A DNA stretch of 64,000 nt, taken from a phage. How positions within the stretch are numbered: position 1 is the stretch's first letter; every line of letters starts with the position of its first letter. The position numbers were made by a program, and so were the translations under genes. The notes under the pieces are model-generated. The model saw only the letters and a list, made by a program, of their open reading frames with translations, was not told the origin of the DNA and made no database searches. The stretch is from the sequence record PZ445436.1; one strand, written 5' to 3'. Below, piece after piece: positions 1 to 10,870 of this stretch.

Positions 1-365
1 TCTGAGAAGGCACCAGGAAAAAGAGCATTCAAATTAAATTGACGATTCAACAGAGCGTCAATAGAATCACCCAATGCTGTAACAGCTACAAAATTATAAT
101 CTTCTTTTAATTTGTTAATTACACACAGGGCATCTTTATATGGAGACAAGTAACGAATAAAATCTGAACGATTGTATTTTTCAATTAGCTTAACGCCAAG
201 CTCTTCATCGCAATTAAATAGTTTACCTGGAGAGATAAATTTCTCATCTTGGATCATTTTTAAAATATGTTCCAACGGAAGATTATATTTCTGAGCAAAA
301 TAAGGAAGACCTGATTGCCAGCTTAAACATACTCCATCAATATCAGTTAAAATAGTAGGCTTCAT
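1..365 (-). CDS. HAD-like hydrolase-like protein, N-terminal ~121 aa only (gene runs past window start)
   Basis: ATG at 363-365 overlaps stop of the next ORF (ATGA); open frame to position 1; N-terminus MKPTILTDIDGV resembles the HAD DxDx(T/V) motif; absent from ORF track because truncated. Confidence 0.4.
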   Translation of the reverse strand, partial: MKPTILTDIDGVCLSWQSGLPYFAQKYNLPLEHILKMIQDEKFISPGKLFNCDEELGVKLIEKYNRSDFIRYLSPYKDALCVINKLKEDYNFVAVTALGDSIDALLNRQFNLNALFPGAFS

Positions 366-826
366 AGAGAGTCTCTTAATAGGTTTAACACATCAATAAA
401 TTCAGCTTCGGTTAGTATTGTATCATCTTTTGTTAGACCACTAGCCATGCTGTGCTTCAAAACTTTTCCTTTCGAGGCTTGTAATGCATCACGAAAGCCC
501 TTGTTTTGGATCGCTGCTTCAAAATATGCATTTGTGTATAATTCTTTCCACGCCGGGGAGTATCTTGAAAACGGAACTCCAATCCAGAAGAGGGTCCCAC
601 GGTCCTGAGCTCTGGCATAAGACCTTCCAGCTTGTTGGGCGGCAAGCCCGGATAACCCAAATATACGACGTTGTTGTTCAACATTTTTCACCTTACACCC
701 TTGGAGGAATCCTTCAAGACCTCCAAATTGAATACCATCCATAACGAAAGGCCATTGGGCGAAATTACTTAATGCACATGATGGCCACCTAAAATTGCTT
801 CTAATCTCTAACTCAGACATTTTCAA
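362..826 (-). CDS. NADAR/YbiA-like (DUF1768) protein
   Basis: 154 aa; segments LSNFAQWPFVMDGIQFGGLEGFLQGCK and YFEAAIQNKGFRDALQASKGKVLKH align by eye with E. coli YbiA (FSNFAAWPIKVDGKTWPTSEHYFQAQK; KFEQHAELRALLLATAPAKLVEH). Confidence 0.6.
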   Translation of the reverse strand: MKMSELEIRSNFRWPSCALSNFAQWPFVMDGIQFGGLEGFLQGCKVKNVEQQRRIFGLSGLAAQQAGRSYARAQDRGTLFWIGVPFSRYSPAWKELYTNAYFEAAIQNKGFRDALQASKGKVLKHSMASGLTKDDTILTEAEFIDVLNLLRDSL

Positions 827-1019
827 TGCTTATAATTTCAACATCAGCCCAATGACCATAGCAAGGAAGACGAAATTCAACTGGCCAGTTAGGGTCCTTT
901 TCTAATATAATAGACTCAACTCGTGGTTCTTCATGTTCATCAGTATATGGATTTTTATCTGTTACTTTATATGTGACCTTAATGTACTGAATTCCAAAAA
1001 TCTTATTAATTATATTCAT
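813..1019 (-). CDS. hypothetical small protein (T4 30.x-region type)
   Basis: 68-aa ORF, same strand as neighbours, overlapping start/stop arrangement. Confidence 0.5.
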   Translation of the reverse strand: MNIINKIFGIQYIKVTYKVTDKNPYTDEHEEPRVESIILEKDPNWPVEFRLPCYGHWADVEIISIENV

Positions 1020-1213
1020 ACTAATTCCTTTAATCCGTAGATAGGAGATAATTCATCACCCATACGAAGGTCTTCATTTCCATCCACCCAGGAAACAATA
1101 TAAGCCTCTTTTATTTGAACACCACTCCATTTAAATGGAGGTAGAACCTTAGAAATTAATCCAGGTATACCAATTCCCTTTAATTCAACAGTTTGACCTA
1201 AAAAGAATTTCAT
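1016..1213 (-). CDS. hypothetical small protein
   Basis: 65-aa ORF, 4-nt overlap with neighbour. Confidence 0.5.
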   Translation of the reverse strand: MKFFLGQTVELKGIGIPGLISKVLPPFKWSGVQIKEAYIVSWVDGNEDLRMGDELSPIYGLKELV

Positions 1214-1500
1214 TAGAACCTCATCTGAAAACCGTGCGATTTAACATTACCGCCGCCAATATCAGAAATATTAATTTCACGCGCAATTGAAGGGTCAATG
1301 TCAATTTCACGATTGAGTTTAGTGATAGCTAAAGTATCGCGCCCATTTACAGTACGGAACTCTAAAGGACAAACCACATCAACGTAGTTTTTAATCGATT
1401 CACTAGTAGGCTGCAAATGAGCAGGAAGGTCTTTGGGCGCCTTTGAGAAAACCACTTCACAGAAATTTTTACGGGTATCAAAATAAGTAGTCATAAACAT
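1213..1500 (-). CDS. hypothetical protein
   Basis: 95-aa ORF; ATG 1498-1500 preceded by GAGGA SD and an upstream hairpin. Confidence 0.55.
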   Translation of the reverse strand: MFMTTYFDTRKNFCEVVFSKAPKDLPAHLQPTSESIKNYVDVVCPLEFRTVNGRDTLAITKLNREIDIDPSIAREINISDIGGGNVKSHGFQMRF

Positions 1501-1516
1501 GGTATTTTCCTCAGTA

Positions 1517-1532
1517 AGGGGCCGAAGCCCCT
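1517..1532 (-). other. intercistronic CUUCGG-tetraloop hairpin
   Basis: AGGGGC-UUCG-GCCCCU upstream of the SD of ORF 1213..1500. Confidence 0.6.
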
Positions 1533-1541
1533 CATTTTATT

Positions 1542-1907
1542 TTAAATATCAAATTCATTAAGAACTACATCAAAGATTGCTTCGAGATGTTCAGGTTTAG
1601 CTCTGTTACTCAGAATATGACGAATCCAAGTTTTAACCAAAAGCTTGCGATTAGCACCATTCCAGCAAGGATGAGTCCCTAAATCGCGTTGACGAAAATC
1701 ATCATCCAGAGCGATTTTAAAGTTGGAACCTTCCATTGTGATTGAAACCGTGATGCCATTTTCAAATCGCATATAAACGTAATTAGGAGTCATATACTGT
1801 TCAATTTCGCATACTGATCCATTTTGATGTTTCCAAAGGCAAATAGTATCAATAGAACCTGCAATACCATTAGAAACATATTTACGTTCAAAGTTGATGT
1901 AGTTCAT
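1542..1907 (-). CDS. hypothetical protein
   Basis: 121-aa ORF; early-type promoter immediately upstream. Confidence 0.55.
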   Translation of the reverse strand: MNYINFERKYVSNGIAGSIDTICLWKHQNGSVCEIEQYMTPNYVYMRFENGITVSITMEGSNFKIALDDDFRQRDLGTHPCWNGANRKLLVKTWIRHILSNRAKPEHLEAIFDVVLNEFDI

Positions 1908-1944
1908 TTTTGTTCTCCGAGATGTTTAATTGCGGTACAGGTAT

Positions 1945-1973
1945 ATAATATCATATCCTGTACCAAAGTAAAC
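1945..1973 (-). promoter_or_regulatory. T4 early-type promoter (GTTTAC, 17 nt, TATTAT)
   Basis: -35 at 1968-1973, -10 at 1945-1950 on minus strand; flanked by inverted repeat GGTACAGG/CCTGTACC. Confidence 0.6.
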
Positions 1974-1975
1974 AA

Positions 1976-2308
1976 TTATTTTACTACTTTCCAATGCTGC
2001 ATGTCAAGTTTACCAACTTTTTTCATCTTCTCAATTAAGCGTTCGGCACGTTGGCGAGCTGTAACATAATGCCATTCGCCTAATTCATTTTGTTCAATTT
2101 TTCCAACGATTACTGTATTCAATTCATAAATCCAACCAGTAAAGAAATTATGAACTTGAATTGTAAAGGTGAAATCTGTTCCCATACCTTCTGTTGTTTC
2201 TACTTCAATAATATCACCTTCAACTGCCATTAAGAACCACATAGTTTCATCATATTTACCATTGAAGCATTTAGTTTTAACTGCAGCGTTCAGATTAATC
2301 GTTTTCAT
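1976..2308 (-). CDS. hypothetical protein
   Basis: 110-aa ORF; early-type promoter upstream. Confidence 0.55.
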   Translation of the reverse strand: MKTINLNAAVKTKCFNGKYDETMWFLMAVEGDIIEVETTEGMGTDFTFTIQVHNFFTGWIYELNTVIVGKIEQNELGEWHYVTARQRAERLIEKMKKVGKLDMQHWKVVK

Positions 2309-2335
2309 TTTATTCTCCTTTGTTTGTGTAAGATA

Positions 2336-2365
2336 ATACTATCACAAAGGAACCATACTGTAAAC
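2336..2365 (-). promoter_or_regulatory. T4 early-type promoter
   Basis: GTTTAC, 18 nt, TAGTAT with TGA upstream. Confidence 0.5.
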
Positions 2366-2380
2366 AACTTTGTGCAATCT

Positions 2381-2413
2381 TTGGAAAATAAAAAAGGACT
2401 CCCGAAGGAGTCC
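2381..2413 (-). terminator. rho-independent terminator
   Basis: GGACUCC-UUCG-GGAGUCC then UUUUUUAUUUU right after stop of the 30.9-like ORF. Confidence 0.7.
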
Positions 2414-2418
2414 TCAAC

Positions 2419-2595
2419 TTATGCTTTCTGCTTACCAAAACGAGAAGCATCATCTCGAAGAACCGCACGTGCTCGGCGCATGATCTTCTCAACAGTTTGA
2501 TTGATACGAGAGTTCGACCCACGCTTGTAGCCAGCGCGTTTAGAATCACCAACTTTCTTTTCAACTGCTTTCTTTGCTTTAACTTGTTTTGCCAT
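2419..2595 (-). CDS. small basic protein (T4 30.9-like by position)
   Basis: 58 aa from internal ATG 2593-2595 (MAKQVKAKKAVEKK...); terminator hairpin directly after stop; track ORF 2419..2637 has an unsupported 14-aa extension. Confidence 0.45.
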   Translation of the reverse strand: MAKQVKAKKAVEKKVGDSKRAGYKRGSNSRINQTVEKIMRRARAVLRDDASRFGKQKA

Positions 2596-2882
2596 TATAA
2601 ATTCTCTTTTAAATGAAAATGCAGGACTTATTGGCATTGCCTGCGCAAGCCCTCAAGGGGAACATAGGTTTTGAATATTTACCGACAGGATAACCATAAA
2701 CCCGTCATCATACCACCAAGACTTACACAGATAACACTTTTCTGACGCATGATAGTAACATTCAAGAGGTACACCATAAAACTGCCGGGGTCTTAAAACT
2801 ATAATGATTCGCAAATCATTAATCAGACAGTTCGATGGCTCCTCGTTTTAACTTCACACTAAGGCAGTGAATCTCCAATAAA

Positions 2883-3131
2883 TTACTTCAATGTTACCAC
2901 AAAGTGACGAACTGCTTTTCGTGCAGCAGAAGCCAAAGGCTTAGCATATTTAAGTTCATCTTTTTCCTGAAGCTCAGCAGCTAATGCAGTTTGAGCAGGA
3001 TTCAGATGTTTGAAATAACGCAGGATTTCAAGAGCTTCGGCTTCAACATCAATAGATGCGCCATAGTTTTCGTGACCATTATTCCATGCGTTTCGTTGCA
3101 GTTCAAGAGCGTGTTGTAATTGTTTAATCAT
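2883..3131 (-). CDS. rIII: rIII lysis-inhibition accessory protein
   Basis: 82 aa, T4 rIII length and position just downstream of gene 31; late promoter motif upstream. Confidence 0.8.
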   Translation of the reverse strand: MIKQLQHALELQRNAWNNGHENYGASIDVEAEALEILRYFKHLNPAQTALAAELQEKDELKYAKPLASAARKAVRHFVVTLK

Positions 3132-3270
3132 TTAAAAATTCTCGTTAGAGATTAAAACTCGGTAGTCACGTTCTTCTGAATTTCATCTTCTTTCGACAGA
3201 TCTCTCAGTTGTAGACTACCACATAGAATTGTTCGGTTAACTTATTATTCCGACACCCAATTCATATTAT

Positions 3271-3278
3271 TATTTATA
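3271..3278 (-). promoter_or_regulatory. late promoter motif TATAAATA upstream of rIII
   Basis: exact TATAAATA on minus strand in the 31-rIII gap. Confidence 0.55.
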
Positions 3279-3614
3279 TCACTTATAAAGACACGGAATA
3301 GCTTTATAGTGACAAGTAACGAATTTTTGTTTAATTTCTTTTGGCTGCTTAAGACCCAGAGCTACAAAAGGATGCGGAACATTTCGAATTTGACCAACTG
3401 GAAGAGAAGTCAAATCACCAACTTCGCAGAAACCTTCAGGAACATCAGGACCGACAGAGTGAACTACACACAGTTCAGGAACTTCACCTTGAACACGTTT
3501 ACCAATAATAAGTCCTGATTCTGTAACTTCTTCATCACCGGCTTGTGCAGGTTCAGAAACTAAAATAACATATTCACCGACAGCACGAATTGGTAGCTGT
3601 TGTACTTCAGACAT
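3279..3614 (-). CDS. 31: gp31 co-chaperonin (GroES analogue) for capsid protein folding
   Basis: 111 aa, sequence matches T4 gp31 as recalled; MotA-box middle promoter upstream. Confidence 0.9.
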
Positions 3615-3644
3615 CGTTTTTCCTTTTTGTTAACAGATGAATTA

Positions 3645-3669
3645 ATAATAACAAATAATTCTTAAAGCA
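3645..3669 (-). promoter_or_regulatory. MotA-dependent middle promoter for gene 31
   Basis: AAATGCTTTAA MotA box, 12-nt spacer, TATTAT. Confidence 0.65.
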
Positions 3670-3670
3670 T

Positions 3671-3979
3671 TTATTTACCAATAAATTGAAGCAAATGCTC
3701 AACTTTCATACCATTAACGGAAATCAATTTGTCAATAGAAAAACCTCGCCACGCACCAAGCTCAACATCAAATACTGGAATCATATCAGTAGATTCTTTC
3801 CGGGTAGATTCAGTCAATTTACCAGTTTGCATGGTTGGCATAAAGTCTGCGTCGCGAGTACCTTTCATAGTACGAATAGTACCATCAGACTTTTCAAAAA
3901 CTACGTTTGAAACACCCATGGACAGTTTAGTTTTCAAAATTTCACGAATTGCTACTTTCTGCTCAGTTGTCAGTTTCAT
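3671..3979 (-). CDS. hypothetical protein (31.1-like by position)
   Basis: 102-aa ORF. Confidence 0.5.
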   Translation of the reverse strand: MKLTTEQKVAIREILKTKLSMGVSNVVFEKSDGTIRTMKGTRDADFMPTMQTGKLTESTRKESTDMIPVFDVELGAWRGFSIDKLISVNGMKVEHLLQFIGK

Positions 3980-4216
3980 TTATTTACCTATTACAGTTTT
4001 AATATGAGTTGTTCCACGTTCTTTAAGGGTGGAAAGTAATTTTTGGCATTTTTCTAAATCAGATTTCCAACTATATGGTTTATCAATACAAACCCAATTT
4101 GTCTTATAATACTGTTTCCATTTAGAGAAAAAATATTTCTTATACTCTACAGCAAACGAGATGTTCTCATTAGAATAAGAACTAATTGCTGTAAGCTTTA
4201 CCAAACGAAATTTCAT
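3980..4216 (-). CDS. hypothetical protein (31.2-like by position)
   Basis: 78-aa ORF abutting neighbours. Confidence 0.5.
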   Translation of the reverse strand: MKFRLVKLTAISSYSNENISFAVEYKKYFFSKWKQYYKTNWVCIDKPYSWKSDLEKCQKLLSTLKERGTTHIKTVIGK

Positions 4217-4797
4217 TATTCACCACAGAATTCGTTGATATTTTCCCAGTTTAACTTATTCAAGTTTTTCTTAGGAACATTAAACACTTCAATACCCGCA
4301 TTTCGCAGAATATCATCCCAGCCAGGTTTATTTTTATCGTATGTTTCGCAATAAACCAGCTTTTTAATGCCAGATTGAGCTATCGCTTTTGCACAATCTG
4401 GGCAAGGAGAAAGTGTTACATACATAGTAGCACCTTCAATAGAAGAACCATTTCGTGCAGCAAACAAAATTGCATTTAGTTCAGCATGAATTTCATTTTT
4501 AGACGACCATTCAGAGTGAGCGCTACGGTGTTCTTTCGCCAAAACAAAACGATCAGTTGAACCAAATGATACGCATTCAGACTTATGGCCTTGAATGATA
4601 GTGTGTTTAGGCTTATTCAGCAACCAACCTTGCTCAGCAGCATAATCACAACAGTTCACACCCCCTGCGGGTGAACCATTATACCCAGTAGAAATAATAC
4701 GTCCATTCTTTTCAATTACTGCTCCTACCTTCCAAGAGCAACATTTTGATTCCTGCGATACTAAATATGCAATTTGAAGTACTGTACTCGCTTTCAT
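4216..4797 (-). CDS. cd: dCMP deaminase
   Basis: 193 aa; cytidine/dCMP deaminase zinc motifs (HAELNA ... PCPDCA). Confidence 0.9.
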   Translation of the reverse strand: MKASTVLQIAYLVSQESKCCSWKVGAVIEKNGRIISTGYNGSPAGGVNCCDYAAEQGWLLNKPKHTIIQGHKSECVSFGSTDRFVLAKEHRSAHSEWSSKNEIHAELNAILFAARNGSSIEGATMYVTLSPCPDCAKAIAQSGIKKLVYCETYDKNKPGWDDILRNAGIEVFNVPKKNLNKLNWENINEFCGE

Positions 4798-5132
4798 TTC
4801 ATAATCACCAGATAAGCAGATTTAGCAGTTTCAACACGATAAATTTCGTGACGAAGTTTAGTTATACTTTTAATAACAGAACTAATTATATTCTGCCCAT
4901 CTTTAAAGCGGTTTTTCTTATCAATAAAAATTGCGCCAACCATCTTTTTGTGAAGCTCAACTGGATACTTCGTCACAATAATAGCATCATATACAGAAGG
5001 ATGAATACTATTCACCAGAGTGTCATTCATTAAAGTTATTCTAATGAACTGTGCTGTTTCAGAATCAAGCGCTCTATGATCGCCAGTATCATTTTCAAGA
5101 CAATTATCAATTATATCAGTTAAATTCATCAT
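4794..5132 (-). CDS. hypothetical protein
   Basis: 112-aa ORF, ATGA overlap with cd. Confidence 0.5.
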   Translation of the reverse strand: MMNLTDIIDNCLENDTGDHRALDSETAQFIRITLMNDTLVNSIHPSVYDAIIVTKYPVELHKKMVGAIFIDKKNRFKDGQNIISSVIKSITKLRHEIYRVETAKSAYLVIMK

Positions 5133-5365
5133 AGTACGCCATACACCCTTTGTGCTTCAACTAATCCATCAAAATCCAATTTAAGATGCGATATTTGATC
5201 GCCATCGCCTGGATTCACAATTACTAATACTGAACGAGGAGTTTCGGTAATAACACGAACCGATGTTTCAGGAAATCGTTCAGAAACCTTATTTACTAAT
5301 TCCTGCGCAAATAGTTTAACTTTTTCTTGGAATTCTTTAACAGTAATTGGTTTTTCACTTAGCAT
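5129..5365 (-). CDS. hypothetical protein
   Basis: 78-aa ORF. Confidence 0.5.
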   Translation of the reverse strand: MLSEKPITVKEFQEKVKLFAQELVNKVSERFPETSVRVITETPRSVLVIVNPGDGDQISHLKLDFDGLVEAQRVYGVL

Positions 5366-5886
5366 GTTGATCCCAGCTCCTTACTTTCAACATTTTTAAC
5401 TAATTTGACAGAAACTAATTCAGCATCTTGAGTAATCATTACCGGACCTTCTTCATACTCTTCAAGATATTCTAGAGCTTTCTTTTTAGCTTCTTCCTTC
5501 GTATCAGTTTGAGCATAGATATAAAACATACAACCAGTAATACCTACTACTTTCCACTTAATTTCTTTATCAGCTTTAATTTCAAATTTACTGACAGAAT
5601 CATCTTTTTGAACTTCTTCGAAAAAAGAATATTCTAACATATAAGCAATTGAAAATAACGGGCTATCTTTATAGGATTCGCCCATTACATCAATAGCTTT
5701 ATACCAACAGTCATCAATTTCGCGTTTAATGCTAATAACATTCTTTGCAGGGTCAATTTTTACTTTAAATAAATTTTCCCCAATAAACTGGGCAATTCGT
5801 TTATTAGCCCCGCAAGTTTCATTAAAAATATCTTTATACCCAGTTTTAAAGCGATAAACCTTATCTTCTTCAAACCATTCGCTCAT
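5359..5886 (-). CDS. hypothetical protein
   Basis: 175-aa ORF; early-type promoter upstream. Confidence 0.55.
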   Translation of the reverse strand: MSEWFEEDKVYRFKTGYKDIFNETCGANKRIAQFIGENLFKVKIDPAKNVISIKREIDDCWYKAIDVMGESYKDSPLFSIAYMLEYSFFEEVQKDDSVSKFEIKADKEIKWKVVGITGCMFYIYAQTDTKEEAKKKALEYLEEYEEGPVMITQDAELVSVKLVKNVESKELGSTC

Positions 5887-5916
5887 TTCAATTTCCTCAT
5901 TTGTTTTGGTAGAGCT

Positions 5917-5946
5917 ATAATATCACAACTCTACCGTAAAGTAAAC
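5917..5946 (-). promoter_or_regulatory. T4 early-type promoter
   Basis: GTTTAC, 18 nt, TGATATTAT. Confidence 0.55.
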
Positions 5947-5948
5947 CA

Positions 5949-6224
5949 TTAAATCGCTTTGAATTCCGCAGTTTGAGATTCAAAGCGAATGTCGCCTTTG
6001 ATAACTAGCTCAGCATCAAGACCGAATACGACAATGATATGTGCTGAACCTGGATACAACGTAATTGCAATAGAATCCACCTGGCCTGGAAGCAAAGTAT
6101 TCAATACATGAGTCACTTGAGCATGAATTCGAAGCTCAGCTGCGTTATCAAGCTTTTCAAACATATTATTAGCAATAATTTGACTAAACACTACTTCTAC
6201 GATTTTAGAATAAGTCGGAAACAT
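5949..6224 (-). CDS. hypothetical protein
   Basis: 91-aa ORF. Confidence 0.5.
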   Translation of the reverse strand: MFPTYSKIVEVVFSQIIANNMFEKLDNAAELRIHAQVTHVLNTLLPGQVDSIAITLYPGSAHIIVVFGLDAELVIKGDIRFESQTAEFKAI

Positions 6225-6226
6225 AT

Positions 6227-6427
6227 TTACCTCACATAATTTTCTTCAAGCCAATCAATAACATCCAACGCATTATCAAAAGTTGAACCATCTACTTTGT
6301 CTTCTGTTTCATAATCAAGAACATCTAAGCCTAATCTTCCGTTAACAATAGGCCATAGACAAAATAGATATTTCTTTTCTTTTTCAATTTTATCACAAAG
6401 ACGATAAATCTTTTCTAGGTTATTCAT
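6227..6427 (-). CDS. hypothetical protein
   Basis: 66-aa ORF. Confidence 0.45.
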   Translation of the reverse strand: MNNLEKIYRLCDKIEKEKKYLFCLWPIVNGRLGLDVLDYETEDKVDGSTFDNALDVIDWLEENYVR

Positions 6428-6616
6428 AAGTTTTCCACGGTAAAGGCAGTTTAGTTTTCTTTACTACTAGTTCAACATCGGGATTCTTTTCTCTCAATTT
6501 AAGACATTCCTCCCAAGCTCTGATTTCACTAGTGAAAACACAAAATTGACCATTACTAGTACCAACTAAACCGCTATTTACAATAACAATAGCCCAAGTT
6601 TCATGATGCAAAGCCA

Positions 6617-6617
<1 letters not shown>
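6420..6617 (-). CDS. hypothetical protein
   Basis: 65 aa from ATG 6615-6617 (AGGAG SD upstream; 1-nt overlap with pseT stop); longer track ORF would overlap pseT by 31 nt. Confidence 0.45.
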
Positions 6618-7820
<1,203 letters not shown>

Positions 7821-7824
<4 letters not shown>

Positions 7825-8051
7825 TTATTTTTCTCAACCAATGATTGAATATAATCGTGTAGGTCTTTAGATGCTTTGCCCCACTTATTTTGATATTCAT
7901 TTTTAAGATTAGCACGTGATTGAGCTAATAAAACATCATTAGTTGGAGGTAAAGATTCCAACCGCTGAATCTGGCGTCCATAAATCATTGCAGCCATCTC
8001 GGATTCATAAATCAATCCTTTGAGATGTTCAAATTGATGCCATGAAATCAT
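7821..8051 (-). CDS. hypothetical protein
   Basis: 76-aa ORF. Confidence 0.5.
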
Positions 8052-8347
8052 TTACATTTATCCTCTTTTAACTCTTGACGATAATAACATATCATAGTTT
8101 TCTGGTCATGTACATATCGTTTTACATCATTAAGCCAAATACGAAATTCCTGGGAATCTTCAAATGGCATACCGACCCAAGCTTTACCATCAATAACTTT
8201 AACTTGCCAAGATAGTTTAGCTTCATCATATGACTTTATTTGTACAGGCCAATTAGGATGAACTGTTTCTTTCTTTACTTCTAGAGGCTTTGTCGAACAA
8301 CCAACTAGAAGACCAATAGATAATATTACTGCTGATAGTTTAATCAT
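8048..8347 (-). CDS. putative lipoprotein
   Basis: 99 aa; N-terminal signal with lipobox LLVGC. Confidence 0.5.
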   Translation of the reverse strand: MIKLSAVILSIGLLVGCSTKPLEVKKETVHPNWPVQIKSYDEAKLSWQVKVIDGKAWVGMPFEDSQEFRIWLNDVKRYVHDQKTMICYYRQELKEDKCK

Positions 8348-8697
8348 TTAGAAAGGTCCTGGATGTCTTCTGCGAACTTGTTGAAGGAGTTGTTGATTTG
8401 TTTTTCAACCAATCCTGGCTTATGAGCCACCACATCCGCCTTCTTTGCGTCTTTGCGCAGTTTTTCATTTTCACGCTCAATAGCAGCAATTGCCTCACGA
8501 TTTTTATTATTCATCGCATCAATATAATTATACTGAATTCGCAAATTATTTAATGCTAAGGCGTTTTCATTGGCTGTTTTTGTAATTTCAGTAACTGATG
8601 TTTCTAATCTTTCTACCTTATTTTTTAAAATAATAGATGTTCCGCCAAATGCTATTACAAGTAATAGCAATCCAGCTGTAAAATTACTTACATGCAT
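8344..8697 (-). CDS. hypothetical membrane-anchored protein
   Basis: 117 aa; N-terminal hydrophobic helix then charged coiled-coil-like region. Confidence 0.5.
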   Translation of the reverse strand: MHVSNFTAGLLLLVIAFGGTSIILKNKVERLETSVTEITKTANENALALNNLRIQYNYIDAMNNKNREAIAAIERENEKLRKDAKKADVVAHKPGLVEKQINNSFNKFAEDIQDLSK

Positions 8698-9191
8698 AAA
8701 GTTTTAATAACCTCTATAATATCGTCTTGAGAAAGACCGTTAATTAAAATATGATGTTCAGCTGGAGATTTAGAAATTTTAAAGCATGCCTCAACATCTT
8801 CTGCCATATCCGATGCACTACGATTTGGATTACTAATACCAAGGCGGTGTTTTCCCGTCAAAGGATTAACGATGATATAGCATTTGCAGCTATTGATATG
8901 AACATTTGGTTGAGTCTGATTAATGAACACTTCACAATCATACTTAGCGAGTTGATTTTCTAAAAAGACTTTCATCTCTTCAACCGCATCAGGAAGCATA
9001 TCACGGGCTTGCTCAAGACGACGATTTCGATATTCTTTAATGGTCGTTTTCCGCTTGACTTGCTTAGCTAAATCTTTCTTAAGATCAGTGATATATCCAA
9101 CTCGACGATTTCCTTTGAATACAGAAATCCCATCTGTAGTATCACCGTATGCTTCAACGACCATTTCAGTAGTAATAAGCTGCAAATCCAT
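8688..9191 (-). CDS. alc: Alc, inhibitor of host transcription on cytosine-containing DNA
   Basis: 167 aa from second ATG; T4 Alc length and position between 63 and pseT region; early promoter upstream. Confidence 0.75.
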   Translation of the reverse strand: MDLQLITTEMVVEAYGDTTDGISVFKGNRRVGYITDLKKDLAKQVKRKTTIKEYRNRRLEQARDMLPDAVEEMKVFLENQLAKYDCEVFINQTQPNVHINSCKCYIIVNPLTGKHRLGISNPNRSASDMAEDVEACFKISKSPAEHHILINGLSQDDIIEVIKTLCM

Positions 9192-9222
9192 CATAAAGTC
9201 CTCATGTTATGTCAGTAAGACT

Positions 9223-9252
9223 ACTATAACACAACACGAGGGACTTGTAAAC
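9223..9252 (-). promoter_or_regulatory. T4 early-type promoter upstream of alc
   Basis: GTTTAC, 18 nt, TGTTATAGT. Confidence 0.6.
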
Positions 9253-9255
9253 AGC

Positions 9256-10843
<1,588 letters not shown>

Positions 10844-10870
10844 AATAAAATGGGCCTTGCGGCCCACTCC

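Noticed and set aside
2310-2564. 84-aa ORF overlapping the 30.9-like gene
   Set aside because: Alternate frame overlapping a better-supported ORF and running through the terminator hairpin.
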